A stretch of DNA of 64,000 nt from Scenedesmus sp. PABB004 (GCA_014905635.1 JABVCE010000008.1:124001-188000); one strand, 5' to 3'; shown: positions 34,443 to 47,540, counted from the stretch's first letter. The notes: generated from the sequence alone by a model not told the origin. A program made the numbers and translations.

Positions 34443-34610
34443 GTAACACTTGAGCGACGACCCAGGATGCGTGTGCGCGGTGCACCACGTGCAGAGCGCA
34501 CGTGCTCAACCAACGTCAAGTTCAAGCGGCCAGCCCTGGCCCAGACTCAACCCAACCCAACCCTTCAGCCCTTCGCCCGCCTGTCTGCGTCCGCGACCAC
34601 CACCTACCGG

Positions 34611-36110
34611 TCACAGCAGCCCGAGGAGCAGCGCGCCCAGGGCGAGCGCCAGCAGCGCGCGCGGCGCGGCGGCCAGCGCCGCGCCCGCGGCGCTGGTGGG
34701 GACGTACGCGAGCGCCGCGGCGACGGCCGCCTCGTCAATGGTGACGGGCGCGCCCGCCGCGGCGCAGGCCGTCGCGTTGCCGGCCGCGGCGCAGGCGGCG
34801 ATGGCCGCCTCCATCGCGGCGTCAAATGCGCCGCCGCCGGACGAGGCGACCACCGCCCAGGAGCCGGCGCCGGAGAGGCTGCAGGATGACGTCAGGCCCG
34901 ACCAGGCGCAGCCAGGGGCCGCCCCGCACGCGGCCAAGGCGGCAATAGCGGAGCACGTGGCGCTCGCAGCCTGCACCGTCTTGATAAGGTCCAGGCCGGC
35001 GCAGTCGCCCCTGCCCCGCGGGGGCCGCACGCGCGGCGGCGTGGGCGCGCCGGCGGTGGGCGCGACGCGCGGCGGCGGGCCCAGCGCGCTGCGGTGCTCC
35101 CCAGCGCGCGCACCAGAGGTCCCTGTTGCTGAAGTCCCCGGTCATGAAGCCCGCCACCATCTGGAGCGCCAGCTGCGGCGGCAGCCCGATCAGGGCGAGC
35201 GCGTGCGCGCAGTCAGGACTGACTGGCTGGACGGCGCAGCCCTGGCCAGGGCCATGGCGCGCGGCGGCGCCGGCGCCGCCGCGCACCGCCATCTGCGCCT
35301 CGGGCGTGGCCGCCGTGGTGGGCAGGCAGGCGCCGTCCTCGGCCGCGTCGCGCGCGCCCAGGGCGCGCGTGAGCGACCGCGTCTCGTTGACCGCGGCCGC
35401 GACCGGCTGGGCCACCCAGGTGCAGCCGGTGGTGGCCGCGCACTGCGTCTCGTTGTGCACAGCATTGCAGGCAACGAACGTGGCGAACTGCGGAGCAGGC
35501 GTGGGAGTGGCGGCGGGGTGGGCGGGGCAAGCAAGCCGCACCCCGCTAACCCCCCTTCACCCTTCACCCCACCCCCACCTTGCTGCCGGGACACAGAAGG
35601 CTGCTGGTCAAGTCGGCTTCCCACCGGCAGGCGTCGCCGGCCCACGCGCACGCGTTCGCCGCGGCGGCGGCGGTGCACGCAGCGCTGGTGTTGAGAGCGG
35701 CGCAGGTGTAAAAACGGGCGCCCATCTGCTGGATGAGCCTGCAGCGATCGGATCAGAGCGGTGCCAGCGGTCAACGGGCGCGGCGCGGTGCGATCGCGCT
35801 GCCGTCCGGCAGCGCGCGAGCCCAGTCAAAGCCTAGTCAAGAGCGCACTTCTCGGCGGGCGACGTGGCAGCGAGGGAGAGCGAGGTGGCGAGGTTGGCGA
35901 GGCACTCTTCGCCTTCGTAGAAGACGCACTGGTCCTGTGCGGCGGCGGCGGCGGTGCGCGCTTGTGTGCTGACCGCACCGCCAGGGCTGAGGCGCAGCGC
36001 CGTCGCCGGCGCACCTGCGTCACCGTGGTGGCTGTCAGCATGTTCCGGCTACCCTGGGCGCCCTGGGCGGCCACAAGCGCGAGGAGGGCGAGCAGGGCGC
36101 GGGGGGCCAT
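34611..36110 (-). CDS. Secreted Cys-rich, probably GPI-anchored surface protein
   Basis: Signal peptide MAPRALLALLALVAAQGAQG, three C-x7-C-x(5-8)-CxW modules, and hydrophobic tail SAAGAALAAAPRALLALALGALLLGLL*. Confidence 0.75.
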
Positions 36111-36286
36111 GGCGAGCAGCGCCAGCGAGAACGCGGCTTGCTGGCGGGCTGCAGGGCCGTCTGCTGAGGGCAGGCGCGCACGGGTGGCTGATCGCGGGGC
36201 CGAAGAGCGCCGGAGAAGAGGCGTGGGGGCAGGTTGAAGCGCGGGGGGCGCCACGGCGGACCGCGTTTGACCGTCACGCGGAATCG

Positions 36287-37842
36287 CTACCGCCGCTTGC
36301 GCGCGCCGCCGCCACGCCCGCCCGCCGCGCCCGCGGGCTCGGGCGTCCACGGCAGCACCGGCTTCTTGCGGCTGAGCTTGGCGAGCTCCTTGTCCACCGC
36401 CGCGACGACCTCGGGCGACGGGTGCTGCCGGCCAGACGTGCTCTGCGAAGCGGCGGCGGCGACCGAATTCTGGCGCCGCCGCCGCGCGCCGCGCGCGGCC
36501 GCCCAACCCCGGCCGCCCCGCGCGCGCGCCTGGATGTGGTGCCGTATGTTGTCCTCGCCGTAGCCGAGCACGCGGCCGATGAGCAGCTTATAGTAGGGCG
36601 AGTCAGCCACCAGCGCCGCCTGCGCGCCAAAGCCCGCGAGGTGGCCGCCCCACGACCGCCACGGCTCCGCGCGCGCCGCGAGGACCGCGGTCAGGCCGAG
36701 CCCGCCTGCCGCGGCGGCGGCGGCGGCGGGCGCGCGCGGCGGCGGCGGGCGCGTGTGTGGGCGGCGGGCGCGGCGCTCGGCGGGGGCGAGGGTCTCGCGG
36801 CGCGCGCCGCCGTCGCGGCGCGGCGCGCCGCCGCTCACCCGGCGCTGGGCTCATGAAGATGGTCACGCCCTTGGTGCCGAGCGCGCGCTGCAGCGCGTGC
36901 AGCGCGAGCGGGTTGGCCACGGGCTGCGGCGCGGCCGCGTCCCAGCCGACGCTGAGCTGCACCATCACCAGCCCGCGCGCGCGTGCCAGCAGGCACTCGA
37001 TCTCGCCCGCGCACAGCGTCGCATACGCCAGGCCCGCCAGCGGCGGGTCGAGCGGGCCTGGGCGGCCGCGGCGGCGGCGGCGGCGGCGGCGGCGCCCATC
37101 AGGCCGGGCGCCCCGCCCGTGGTCAGCGCTGCCCAGGCGGCTGGCCGGCAAGCGCCGCCCGCCCGCAGCCCGCCGCCAGCGCACCGGTGCCGTCGCGCCA
37201 GGGTGCGGGGTTGGCGCGCACCGCTTCGCGCAGCTGGCTGGCCGACGTCGCGACCGCCGCCGACGCGAGCAGCAGCGGCGCCGTCGGCAGCGCCGCGCGC
37301 GCCTGCTGCGCGCGCAGCGCGGCGGGCCAGCCCGGCAGCGCGGCGACGAGCGGCTGCTCGGGCGACAGCTGCCAGCGCGCCGGCTCGAGCCGCAGCAGCG
37401 TCGCCTGCTGCCCCGGCCGCGCCTCGCCCAGGCCGTACACGACGCCCGCGTGCGCGAGCTGAGGCGCGCCGCCCGGCAGCGGCTCCAGCACCTCCAGGAA
37501 GAGCTCAGACCCGCTCGGCGTCACGCCGCGCAGCACGTCGTGCGGCGCGCACGGCGGTAGCGCCGGCAGCGGCGCCGCACCCTGCGACTGCTGCTGCGAC
37601 TGCTGCTGCGACTGCTGCTGCTGCTGCTCCTCGGCGGGCCCCGCGTCCGCCGCTGCCGCCGCCGGCCAGGTGGTGGCGCGGCGCCGCCGCTGCGCGGACG
37701 GCGGCGGCGGCGGCGGGCCAGCGGCGTGCCGCGCTGGCCGCGCCGCCGGCTGTGCCGCCGGCAGACTCTGACACTGCACCCGGGCGACACGACCGGCGGC
37801 GGGGGCCGCGCCGCCGCGCGCCGGCGGCGCGGCGCGGCGCAT
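36287..37842 (-). CDS. Hypothetical protein with a transit-peptide-like N-terminus
   Basis: Four in-frame exons, including the globular segments LCAGEIECLL..VMVQLSVGWD and YYKLLIGRVLGYGEDNIRHHIQ. Confidence 0.68.
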
Positions 37843-38317
37843 CGCTGCCGCCGCTGCCGTCGCTGCTGTGCAGGTGTGGTGAAGCGCGCCACTGGCGGTG
37901 CAGAGCTGCCGGGACGGTGGATTGTGCGGGCGTGGGAAATTTGAGCGGCTGAGGGGGCCTTTTGGAGGCGTCAGGCCGGGGGGAGGCTCGAATGAACCGC
38001 GATGCCACGCTGGTCTGCGCCTGCGAGCCGCCCTGGGCGCCAGGGCCGCCACACGGCGATACATCTCGACAAGCTCTCACGCCTGACCGCCCTGCCCGAC
38101 CGCGCTGAGCAGCCGGGGGCCCCCAGCCTCGTTCGCACTCGCCACCGCGCAGGCAGGGTGCCCTGGGCTGGCCTGGAGGCGCTTGGCTTGCACCTGAGCG
38201 GCGCCCGGCCCGCCATGTAGGGCGGCCGCCGCTCGCCTGGGCAGCAGCAGCGGCGGCGCCGCGCATCAGCGGCGGCAACGGCGGCGGCGCGCGGCGCGGC
38301 GCGCCGCCGGCCTCGCG

Positions 38318-38881
38318 ATGGCCAGCATAATCTCCTACCTGGAGAACTATGTGGAGAGCACGCTGGGCCTGCCGTCCGACCTGGCGCGCTTCCTGAACAT
38401 GATCAAGGTCCTCGACGACCGCGCGGCGGAGCTCTCGGCCGCGATCAAGCACACGACCGAGGCCATCACCGCGCTGCCCCCCGTCGGCGGTCGCAAGGGC
38501 ACGCCCGAGGAGCAGGTGCGGCCGGCCGCGGCGCGGGGCGGCGCGCGCTGCGGACGGGCGGCGCCGCCCGCGCCGCCGGCCGTGGGCAGCGGCGGCGCCG
38601 GCGGCGCGCCGCGCCCGACGCGCCACGGCCCGCCGGTCCGCGCCGCGCGCGGCCCAGGAGTACGTGCGCCTCGCTGCGACGTTCAAGCGCCAGGAGGCGC
38701 TGCTGTACCAGTTCAGCGAGGAGAAGGTCACGCTCGCGCAGCACGCGCTCGAGCTCGTCACGCTGCACCAGCGCGAGCTGGAGATGGTGCGGCGCGCGGC
38801 GGCGCTGCGAAGGGCGCAGCGGGGGGCGCGGCAGCGGGCCGACCCACAATGGTTGACTGCCGGCCGACCCTGCGCCGCCTC

Positions 38882-38915
<34 letters not shown>

Positions 38916-39105
38916 GGCCGCGCAGACGACGGCGCAGTTTGAGGAGGAAGTGTCGGCCATCCCCGCGGGCGGGGAGGGGTACAACCCCTTTGAGGCGCCC
39001 TACGGCGCGCCCGCGCCCGTCGGCGGCGGCAAGGGCAGCCGGGGGCGCAGCTACGCGGACCAGTGGGACAGCCTCGAGCCGCTCGCCGCGCCGACGCTCA
39101 AGCGC

Positions 39106-39136
<31 letters not shown>

Positions 39137-39633
39137 GCGGGCACGGCGGCGGCGGCGGCGGGCTGCCGAGCGCGGGCCCTCCGCCGGCGCACCACAAGAA
39201 GCGCGTGCGCGACGACCCGCGCGCGATGACGGCGGCCGTGCTGAGCGCGGGCGACGACTTTGGCGGCATGGGCGGCTTTGGCGGCGGCGGCAGCAACCCC
39301 GGCAGCATGGCCGGCGGCGGCGAGGGCGGCGGCGCGATGTTCCCTCCGCCCACGTTCATGGCGCACGAGCGCACCGCGGGCCTGCTCGACAGCGCGCAGC
39401 AGCCGCAGCTCCCGGGGCGCCTGCTGCAGGTCGGCGACATCCGCCCCGACCTGCAGGGCCGCGCGGCCGAGATGTACTGGCCGGACGACAACATGTGGTA
39501 CCTCATCGAGATACACCGCGTCAACGTGATCGACAAGTCCGCCACGATCGTGTACCGCACGGGCGAGGTGGAGGAGCTCAACCTCAGCGAGATCGCAGGC
39601 GAGGGGCACATGTCGCTCATCGACCTCGCGTGA
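38318..39633 (+). CDS. ING N-terminal domain protein with a C-terminal Tudor-like domain
   Basis: YLENYVESTLGLPSDLARFLNMIKVLD and FSEEKVTLAQHALELV (ING_N). C-terminus GRAAEMYWPDDNMWYLIEI..IVYRTGEVEELNL. Confidence 0.85.
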
Positions 39634-39962
39634 CGTGACGCGCGTGCTGCGCCCGCCCGCGCGCTGCGGCGGCGCGGCGGCGCGCGCGGCGGCGCGCTGC
39701 GGAGCCGCGGCGGCGGCGGGCCGCGGCATGGGGCGGCGGCGAGACGGCGAGGCGTGCGGCGCGCTGAAACACGGGCGCCCGCGGTTCTGCTGCTGCTGCT
39801 GCTGCTGCTGCGCCCCAGCATCCCCCCCAGCTTTCGTTCCATTCGCCCCAGCATCGCTAGCCCTCCGCCGCTCGCAGCCAGACCAGCAGCAGCGGCGGCA
39901 GCAGACGCCGCGCCGCCAGCCCGCCGCGGCACGCCGCCAGCCCAGACGGGCGATGCGACGGC

Positions 39963-42074
39963 ATGGCGGCGTGCAAGAAGCGTCGCGTCCTGGCGGAGGA
40001 GCCGCAGGACGAGCAGCGGCACGAGCAGGGCAGCAGCGTGGCGACGCTGCTGCTGCGCCGCGAGCTGGGCGCTTGGGAGCGGCGCTGCACGCAGACCCAG
40101 CTGCTGGGAGCGACGCTGGGGTCGCTGCAGCTGCAGGTGCGCGCCTGGCCAGCAGCACGGCGGCACGGGCGCGGCACGGGCGCGGCGAGCTGCGCGCGCC
40201 GCCTGCGCAGGCGAGCATCGACGCGCACGACGCGGCGGCGACCGCCAGCCTGGCCGGGGGCTTCTTGGCGCGCCGCTCGAGCGTGCTGGAGGTGGTCGTG
40301 GCTGGCCCGCTGCTGTTCGTTCTCCTGAACAGCGGGCTGTGCCCCGTGTTCGCCATGCACGGTGCGGCATGCCCGCCGCCGCCGCCCGCCCGCGGCGCGC
40401 CGCCGCCCACGCCGCCGCCGCCCGCCGCTCGCGCAGACCGGCGCCCGCGCCGGCTTGTTTATTTAAACGCCGGGCCGCACGACCTCGTGCGCTCGATACT
40501 GGCAAACCCGCGTGACGCGGCCGGCCGCGCATTGCTGGCTGTGTCGTGCCACAGCAGCGACCCCGATTACCCGGCACGCCTGCACTGCCGCGCGGTGCCG
40601 GCCGACGCGCGGTGCGCGGCCCGCTGCGGGCGGCGGCGAACGTGCGCGCGCGCGCGCGCCGCCCTTGACCACGCCGCCGCCGCCGCCGGCGGCGCCCCGC
40701 GCGCGCAGGCAGCTCGCGGCCGCGCCGAGCACGCTGTTCTGCGCCGCGGGGCGCGCCGTGTGCGAGCCGGTGGCGCACCCGGGGTTTGTTGAGTTTGACG
40801 TCTCCGCCGGCCGCGCGCTCCTGCTCAACCCCGCCACGCAGTGCGCGGCCGCGGCGCAGCACTCGCGCCGCCGCCGCTGCCGTCGCCGCCGCTGCGTGCC
40901 CGCCGCACCGCCCTCGCGTGGAACGGCTGACCCACGAGCCCGCGCGCCCCTGCTAAACCCTGCCAGGCAGCTCAAGGTCTATGACCTGGTCAACGACTAC
41001 CGCCTGCTCTTTGTCCTGCCTGCTGCCGGCGTGGCCGACGTGAAGATGACCGCCCGCCACCTGCTGCTCGTGCGCCAGGCGCGCCCCGCGGTCGCTGACG
41101 GCGCCGGCGGCGGCGGGGTGGTGCTGCCGCTCGAGTTTGTCGGCACCTCCAACGGCGCGGTGCGGCGCCCGGCGGGGCGCGTGCGCGCGCGGCGGCAGGG
41201 CGCCGCCGCCGGCGCCGCCGGCCAGCCCCTGCGCGCGCGCCGCCTGCCGCGCAGACGCTCGCGCGGCACGAGCTGCCCTGCGCCCACGGGTGCGCCGCGC
41301 CAGACGTGCTGGAGCTGCTGGACGACCACCTGCTGCTGCGGCTGCCGCTGCAGCCCTTCCGCGCCCTCACGGTGCCAGGCCTCGCGCTCGTCGGCAGCAG
41401 CGGCGACGAGGCGCTCAGCTGCCTGTCAACCTTCCTGGCGCTGCCCGGCGGCCGCGGGTTCGTGACCGCCACGGAGCACACGCTGCGCACCTGGTCCTTC
41501 ACGGTGCGCGCACGGCCGGCGGCGGTGTGGGCCGAGCGGGGGCGCCGCGCGCCGCGCCCGCGCGCGCAGCGCCCGCGCCGACGCGCGCCCTACCGCCGCC
41601 GCCGCCGCGCAGTGCCGGCCGCTCGTCGGGCGCTTTGCTGACAGCGAGCTCTGGCACGCCGCGAGCGGCGGCGAGAGCGCGCTCGAGCTGGCGGGGCGCG
41701 GATGGGTCGTGGCGTACTGCCGCGAGCGCGGGCAGGCCCGCCTGCCCGAGGCCGGCGCGTGCGGGGCCATCCACGTGTCAGACGCCGCCACGGGGCGCCT
41801 GCTCGCGCGCGTCGCGCCGCGCGGCACGGCGCAGCAGGCGGCCGACGCGGCGTCGCTGCTGGCGGCGCCGCCGTGCGGGGACGGGCGGCGCGCGGGCGCG
41901 GGCGCGGACGCCGCCGACGCGGCGATGCGCGCCGCGCTGACGGGCGTGACGACGCTCGCGGTTGACGAGGAGTCCGGCCAGCTGCTCGTCGTCACGGGCA
42001 CCGACGGCGGGCGCGTCGGCGTGTGGGCGGCCGGCGCGGGCAGCTGGGGCGGCGCGGCGCGCTGGCTCGAGTAA
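39963..42074 (+). CDS. Beta-propeller-like protein resembling a conserved uncharacterised plant family
   Basis: RSSVLEVV..LNSGLC, YLN..DLVRSI, PGFVEFD, LKVYDL.NDYRLLF, ALTGVTTLAVDEESGQL..TGTDGGRVGVW. Confidence 0.72.
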
Positions 42075-42277
42075 CGCGGGCGGCACGGGGACTCGGGTGA
42101 CGCGCGCCATCGGTGTTGCCTCGCGCGCACGCTCGCGACGCTGCGGCTCGCCGCGCCCACGCCCGCGGCCGCACTGGCGCGCCGCTCCGACCTGCTGCCC
42201 ACCGCCGCAACGCCGCCCGCGCCGTCCTGCGCTGCCTTCCGCGCCGCCGCGCTGCTGCTCGCCGCCCCCGCCACTGG

Positions 42278-44562
42278 CTACTCGTCGTCGTCGCCGCCGC
42301 CGCCCGCGCCCGGCGGCAGCTTGGGCGGCGGCAGCGGCGTGAGCAGGCCGTACTCGGTCGTCACGCCCGTCTCGACGTCGCGCAGGAACGTGCCAAACGC
42401 GACCGCCTCGAGCACGCAGCGCCGCTGCGTCGCGATGGTCATCGTGACCGTCTCGATCGCGCTGCCCTGCACTGCCGCCTGGATGCGCGCGTACAGCTCC
42501 TCCGCGCTCGACACGTCCTGCCCGACAGCCTCCTGCAAAGAGGCGGGCGCGCGCCGGGCGCGCGGCGGCGGAGGCGGAGGCGTGGGCGCGGGCATGGGCG
42601 CGGCGGCGGGCGAGAGGCGCCGGCGCGGCGCGGGGCGCGGCGCACCTGCATCTGCTGCGTCAGCGCCTTGATGTCCCCGAACAGCGCCGTCGTCTGGCGC
42701 TCGACCAGCGCGGCGCCCTCCGCGCTCACCACGCGCGCGGTGTCGATCATGGTCGCCTGGTCAAAGCCTGCGCCGCAGAGCGGCGGGGCGGCGGGGCGAT
42801 GCGCCGCGGGTGACGTGCCGCGCGTGACGCGCCGGCGCCGCGGCGGCAGCCCGGCGGCGCGCCGGCCGCCCAGCGCGCCGCCGCGGGGCGGCCGGGGCAG
42901 GCGCCGCACCTTCGATGTACCTCCGCAGCGCGCTGCGCCCGTGGCTGCTCGCGCTGCGCACCGGCCCGCGTGGCCGCGGCGGCAGGCCCTCGCCGCCCGC
43001 CTGCGCGCCCTCGCCGCCCTCGCCGGCGCGGCCGCTGCTGCTCGCGCCCTCGCCGCTGCCGGCGCGGCCGCTCGCCGCGTTGTCCTCCAGCTCCACCTCC
43101 TCATCGCTGCCCATCACGTCCACGAGCGGCCCCGCCGAGTCGGGGTCGGTGCTCGCCTCGAGGTCGTCAGCCTGGGCCGCCACATCCGCAGCGGCGCGCG
43201 CGAGCGCGGCGGCGGCGTGGGGCGGCCGCGCGGCCGCAGGGGCGCCGCCGCGCAGCTGCCGCCGGCGCCGCCGCCGCTGCTGGCTGCGCGCGCCGCGCGG
43301 CGCTCGCTGCCGCGCGCCGTGCACGCCGCGGCGCCGCACCTGCGCGAAGAGTCGCTCCAGGCGCGCGACCGCCTCCTCCTGGCTCGCGCGCGGCTCGAGC
43401 ACCCCGAGCGCGGCCTCCAGCTGGAAGCGCCGGTCCACGCGGCGCAGGAAGTAGCCAAACATGATCGACGCCGCGTACACCTGGCGCAGCGCGGCACACA
43501 CAGCGGCGGCGCCGGCGCCGGCGGCGGCGCGCGTGCGTTCGAGCAGGCGCGACCGTGCCGACGCCGCTGTGCCGCCGCCGGTGCCGCGCCCGGGTCCGCG
43601 CCCGCGCCCGCGCCCGTGTCCAGGTCCGCGCCCGCGTCACCGCGCCGCACCTGTGCCATCTGGAACTTGGACATCTTGATGAGCTCGGTGCTGAACTTGG
43701 CGCTCGCGGCGGCGCCCATGACGCCCAGCATGTGCTCCCGCACCAGCTCCAGCGCCTCCTTGCTGTGGATGCCCTCCGTCAGCGCGACGAGGTTGGCCGG
43801 CCCCGCGTCCACAAAGCCTGCGCGACGCAGGGGCGGCGGCGACGGCGGGTTGGGGCGGCGGCGACGGCGGGTTGGGCCGCCGCCGCGCGCCGGGCGCGCC
43901 CGTGAGCGGCGGCGCCGCACCGTCGAGGCGCGGCAGCATCTCGACGCCGAGCACGACAAACTTTTCGAGGATGGAGACATACATGAGGTCCTCGAGCGTC
44001 GCGGCGACCTCCATCGCGCGCACCTCCTCCATGCGCCGGTACAGCACCAGCTCGCTCTTGCTGCGCCCGCCGTCGCCGGCGGCGCCGTCGGGGCCGTCCG
44101 CGTCGGCGGCGCCCGCGGCGGCGGCCGCCTCCTCGGCCGCCGCACGCGCGTCGGCCTCCGCCTTGAGCCGCGCGAGCTGCTGGTCGACCGCGGCGCGGAA
44201 GAGCTGCGGCTCCATGCGCAGGTAATACTGCAGCATCTCCCCGTACGGCGTCTTGGGCTTGGCGGGCGCGCTGCGCGCACAGGCGGGGGCGGGGGCGGGG
44301 GGCGCGTGGTGCTGCCGCCGCTGCTGCCGCCGCTGCGCGCTGCGCCGCGCAGGCTGCGTGCATGTCTCAATTGCTCGGTCCCGGCCCCCGGCACTCACAG
44401 GCCAAACTGCTCCGGCTCCTGCGCGGCCCGCACGGCCAGGCGCGCGCTCCTGCTGCTGCGCGGCCGGCCGCAAGCGCCCGGCGCGCGCCGCGGCGAGGCG
44501 CGGCCGCGCGCGCCGGCCACGCTCGCGGGCGCGACGGCGCGCGTCGACCGGAGCAGCAGCAT
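42278..44562 (-). CDS. DUF760 / UV-B-induced chloroplast protein (At3g17800-like)
   Basis: Transit peptide, EPQLFRAAVDQQLARL, LVLYRRM, LEDLMYVSILEKF, IHSKEALELVREH, VYAASIMFGYFLRRVDRRFQLE, LEAVAFGTFLRDVE. Confidence 0.92.
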
Positions 44563-45023
44563 CCTGGCTGGACCGCTGAGCACGCGCGTGTGGCTGCTGC
44601 TGCTCGCGCTGCCGTGTGCGCGCTGCAGGCGGCGAGGAACGTCGACCGTGGGGACGCGATGAGCGCAGACGCAGGCGCAGGCGGGCGCCACACGAGCGAG
44701 CGGCGGCGGCGGCGGCGCGGCGGCGAGGGCTCCGCGCGCTCAGACCGCGCAACAGCCGCTGCATCGCCGCCCGCGCCGGCAGCCGTGCATTTGCCGGCGC
44801 AGCGGTTTTCAACGGCGGCGCCAGAAGCTCTGCTGGCGCACGCGCATACAAACTCCGCGCCGACAGCCCGGCAGTTCCCATCGCCCTGGCCAACCCCCCG
44901 CCCTCCAGGCTGTGCCCGCTGCGCGTCCCATCTCCCGGGGCGCTCCCTGGCGCGGAGCAGAGCTCGGCGGCACGCCCGGCCTCCCGGCAAGCAAGCGCGG
45001 CGGCAACAGCGGCGCAGGCGCCG

Positions 45024-47531
45024 ATGGCGGCCTGGGCGGGCGACGCCGCGCCCAGGGCGCTCGCGCCGCCCGCGCCCTACGGCAGCGGTGGGCAGCGGCC
45101 GGGGCAGCTGGCCGCCGGCGGCGGCAAGCCCGACACGACCATCCGGGCGGTGCGCCGCCGCCGCCGCCGCGCGGGGCGCCGGGCGAGCGGGGGCGCAGGC
45201 CGGAGGGCGCGGGCAAGCCGCCTCCGACGCGCGCGCCGCCGGGCGCAGATGCGCGACAAGCTGGCCGACGTGAGCGCCGAGAACGGGCTGCTCGGCGGGC
45301 TGGTCAAGGAGCTCAAGGTGCGGCGCCGCTTGCAGGACGCCGAGCGCACGCGCCCGCCCGCGCGCCCGCACGCGCGCGCGCCCGCGCCCAAGCCTCCGCG
45401 CGCACGCGCGCAGGCGGAGCGCGACGCGCTGTCCAAGCGCCTCGCGGCGACGGCGCGGCAGCTCGCGGAGGCCAACGGCCGCGCGGCGGCCGCGGACGCG
45501 GGCGCGGACGCGGGGCGCAAGGAGGCAGCGCGGCTGGCGGCCGAGGTGGAGCGCCTGTCGTCGGTGGCGCACAGCCAGGCGCTCCGCCTGCAAAAGTGCG
45601 GCGCAGGCGGCTGCCCGGGCGCGCCACCGCCGGCCCCACGCGCGCGCCGCCGCCCCACGCCTCTCGGCGCCGCCGCCGCCCACGCCTCTCGGCACCGCCG
45701 CCGCAGGTCCAAGGCGCACCAGCAGGAGCTGGAGGAGGTCGCCCTGGACCTGCGCGCCGAGCTGGAGGAGGCGGCGGCGCAGCGCGCCGACGCGGAGGCC
45801 GGCGCCGCGGCGGCCGCGCAGCGCTGCGCTGCGTCCGAGGCGAAGCTCGTCGCGGCGGGCCTCGGGCCGCTGCCTGCGATGGGCCCCACGGCGGAACAGC
45901 TGATCATCAGCTCAACGCAGCGCATCCAGTGAGCGCATGTCCAGCCAGCCGGCCGCGGCCGGGCGGGCGCGGCGCGGCGCGGCGCGGGGCGGGCCGCCCG
46001 CAGCTCCCCGCCGCTCACGCGGCGCGCGCCACCGCGCAGGGAGCTGACGGACAACCTCGCCGCGGCGCGTGCGGACGCGGAGGCGCGCGAGGCGAGCTGG
46101 CGCGAGCAGGCGGCCGCGGCGGCGCAGCGCAGCGCGCAGCAGGAGGCGGCGGCCGCGGTGCTGACGGGCCGGCTGGAGGAGTCGGAGCGGCAGTCGGGGC
46201 AGCTGCGCGAGCTTCTGGTCGGCCTGCAGGTCAGGGCGGCCGACGGCGAGGCGCTGGCGCAGGCGCAGGCCGAGCTGCAGCGCCTGCGGAGCGACATGCT
46301 CGGCCAGGCGCAGGGCCTGCAGCAGCGCGTGTGTGAGCTGCAGGGCCGCCTCGCAGACGCGGAGCTGGCGCACGCGGCGGCGCTCGCGGAGCAGCAGGGC
46401 GCGCTCGCCGCGGCGCAGCGCGGCGCGGCGGCGCTGCAGCGCGAGAAGCGGGAGCTGGTCGCCAGCCTCGCGGCCGTGCGGCAGCAGGAGAGCGCGCACC
46501 GCCTGGCCGCGGGCGAGGCGGCGGCCAAGGCGGAGCGGCTGCGCGGCGAGCTGGTCAAGTGCGTGGGCGAGCTCCAGGCGCAGCTGGAGGCCGCGGCGGC
46601 CGCGGGCGCGGCGCACGCGTCGGCGCTGCAGCAGCTGCGCGCGCTCGAGTCGACCGCAGCCGCGGCGCGCGCCGAGGCGGCGGAGAGCCGGCAGCAGCTG
46701 GTAGAGCTCGCAAGCGCGACGGTCGCGGAGCTCCGGCGCGCGGTCGGCGGCGAGGCGGCGGCGGTGACTGGCCTGCCGCACGGCGTCGACGGCAGCGCCC
46801 TGCCCGCGCCGGTGGCCGAGTACGTGAAGGTGCTGGAGCACGCGGTCTGCGACTGCGAGGCCCACTGCAGGCAGCTCGCGGCCGACGCGCAGGCGGCGCG
46901 GGCCGCCGAGGGCGACGTGCGCGCCGCGCTCGCGGCGGCGCGCGAGGCGCAGGCGGCCGCGGAGCGCGCGCTGACGCAGCAGACGCAGCGCCTGCTCGCG
47001 GCGGAGCGCATGCGCCTGGCCGACCTGCGGGAGGCGCAGAGCCTCGAGAAGCGGCTCGTGCTGGCGCAGCAGGAGGCGTGGAACCTGAGGGACGCGCTGC
47101 TGGAGCACAGGGCCGCCGACGCGGCGGCGGCGCTCGAGGCGGGCGCGGCCCGCTGCGGCGGCGTCGGCGGCGCACCGCTGGCGCTGGCAGCGGCAGCGCA
47201 GCCGCAGGCGGCGGCGGCCGCCGAGCCGGCACCGCCGGGGCCGCAATCGGCGCCGGCGCCGGCGCCGGCGCCGCCGGGCCCGCACCAGACCAAGCTCGCG
47301 CAGCTGCGCCAGCTCAAGCAGCAGCTCGCGCAGGCTGGCGCGAGCGGCGGGGCGCGGGCGGTCGCGGGCCTCGCGCCACGCAGCTGCGGCGCCGATCCGG
47401 GCGCCGGCGGGCGCGACCGCGCGGGCGATGACGGCCAGGCAGCCGGCGCGCAGCGGCGGCGGCACAGCCTGCGCGCGCGCACCAGCAGCAGCGACGGGGG
47501 CGGCGGACCGCAGCCGGGCGGCACCGACTGA
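45024..47531 (+). CDS. Long coiled-coil hypothetical protein
   Basis: Five in-frame exons with heptad-like E/Q/A/L-rich sequence. Stop 47529-47531. Confidence 0.75.
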
Positions 47532-47540
47532 CTGACACGG

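Noticed and set aside
29823..36110. Selenoprotein (in-frame TGA) near SepSecS
   Set aside because: The apparent TGA at 30132 is part of a GTGAGC splice donor. Neighbouring genes splice without internal stops, and no SECIS was recognised.
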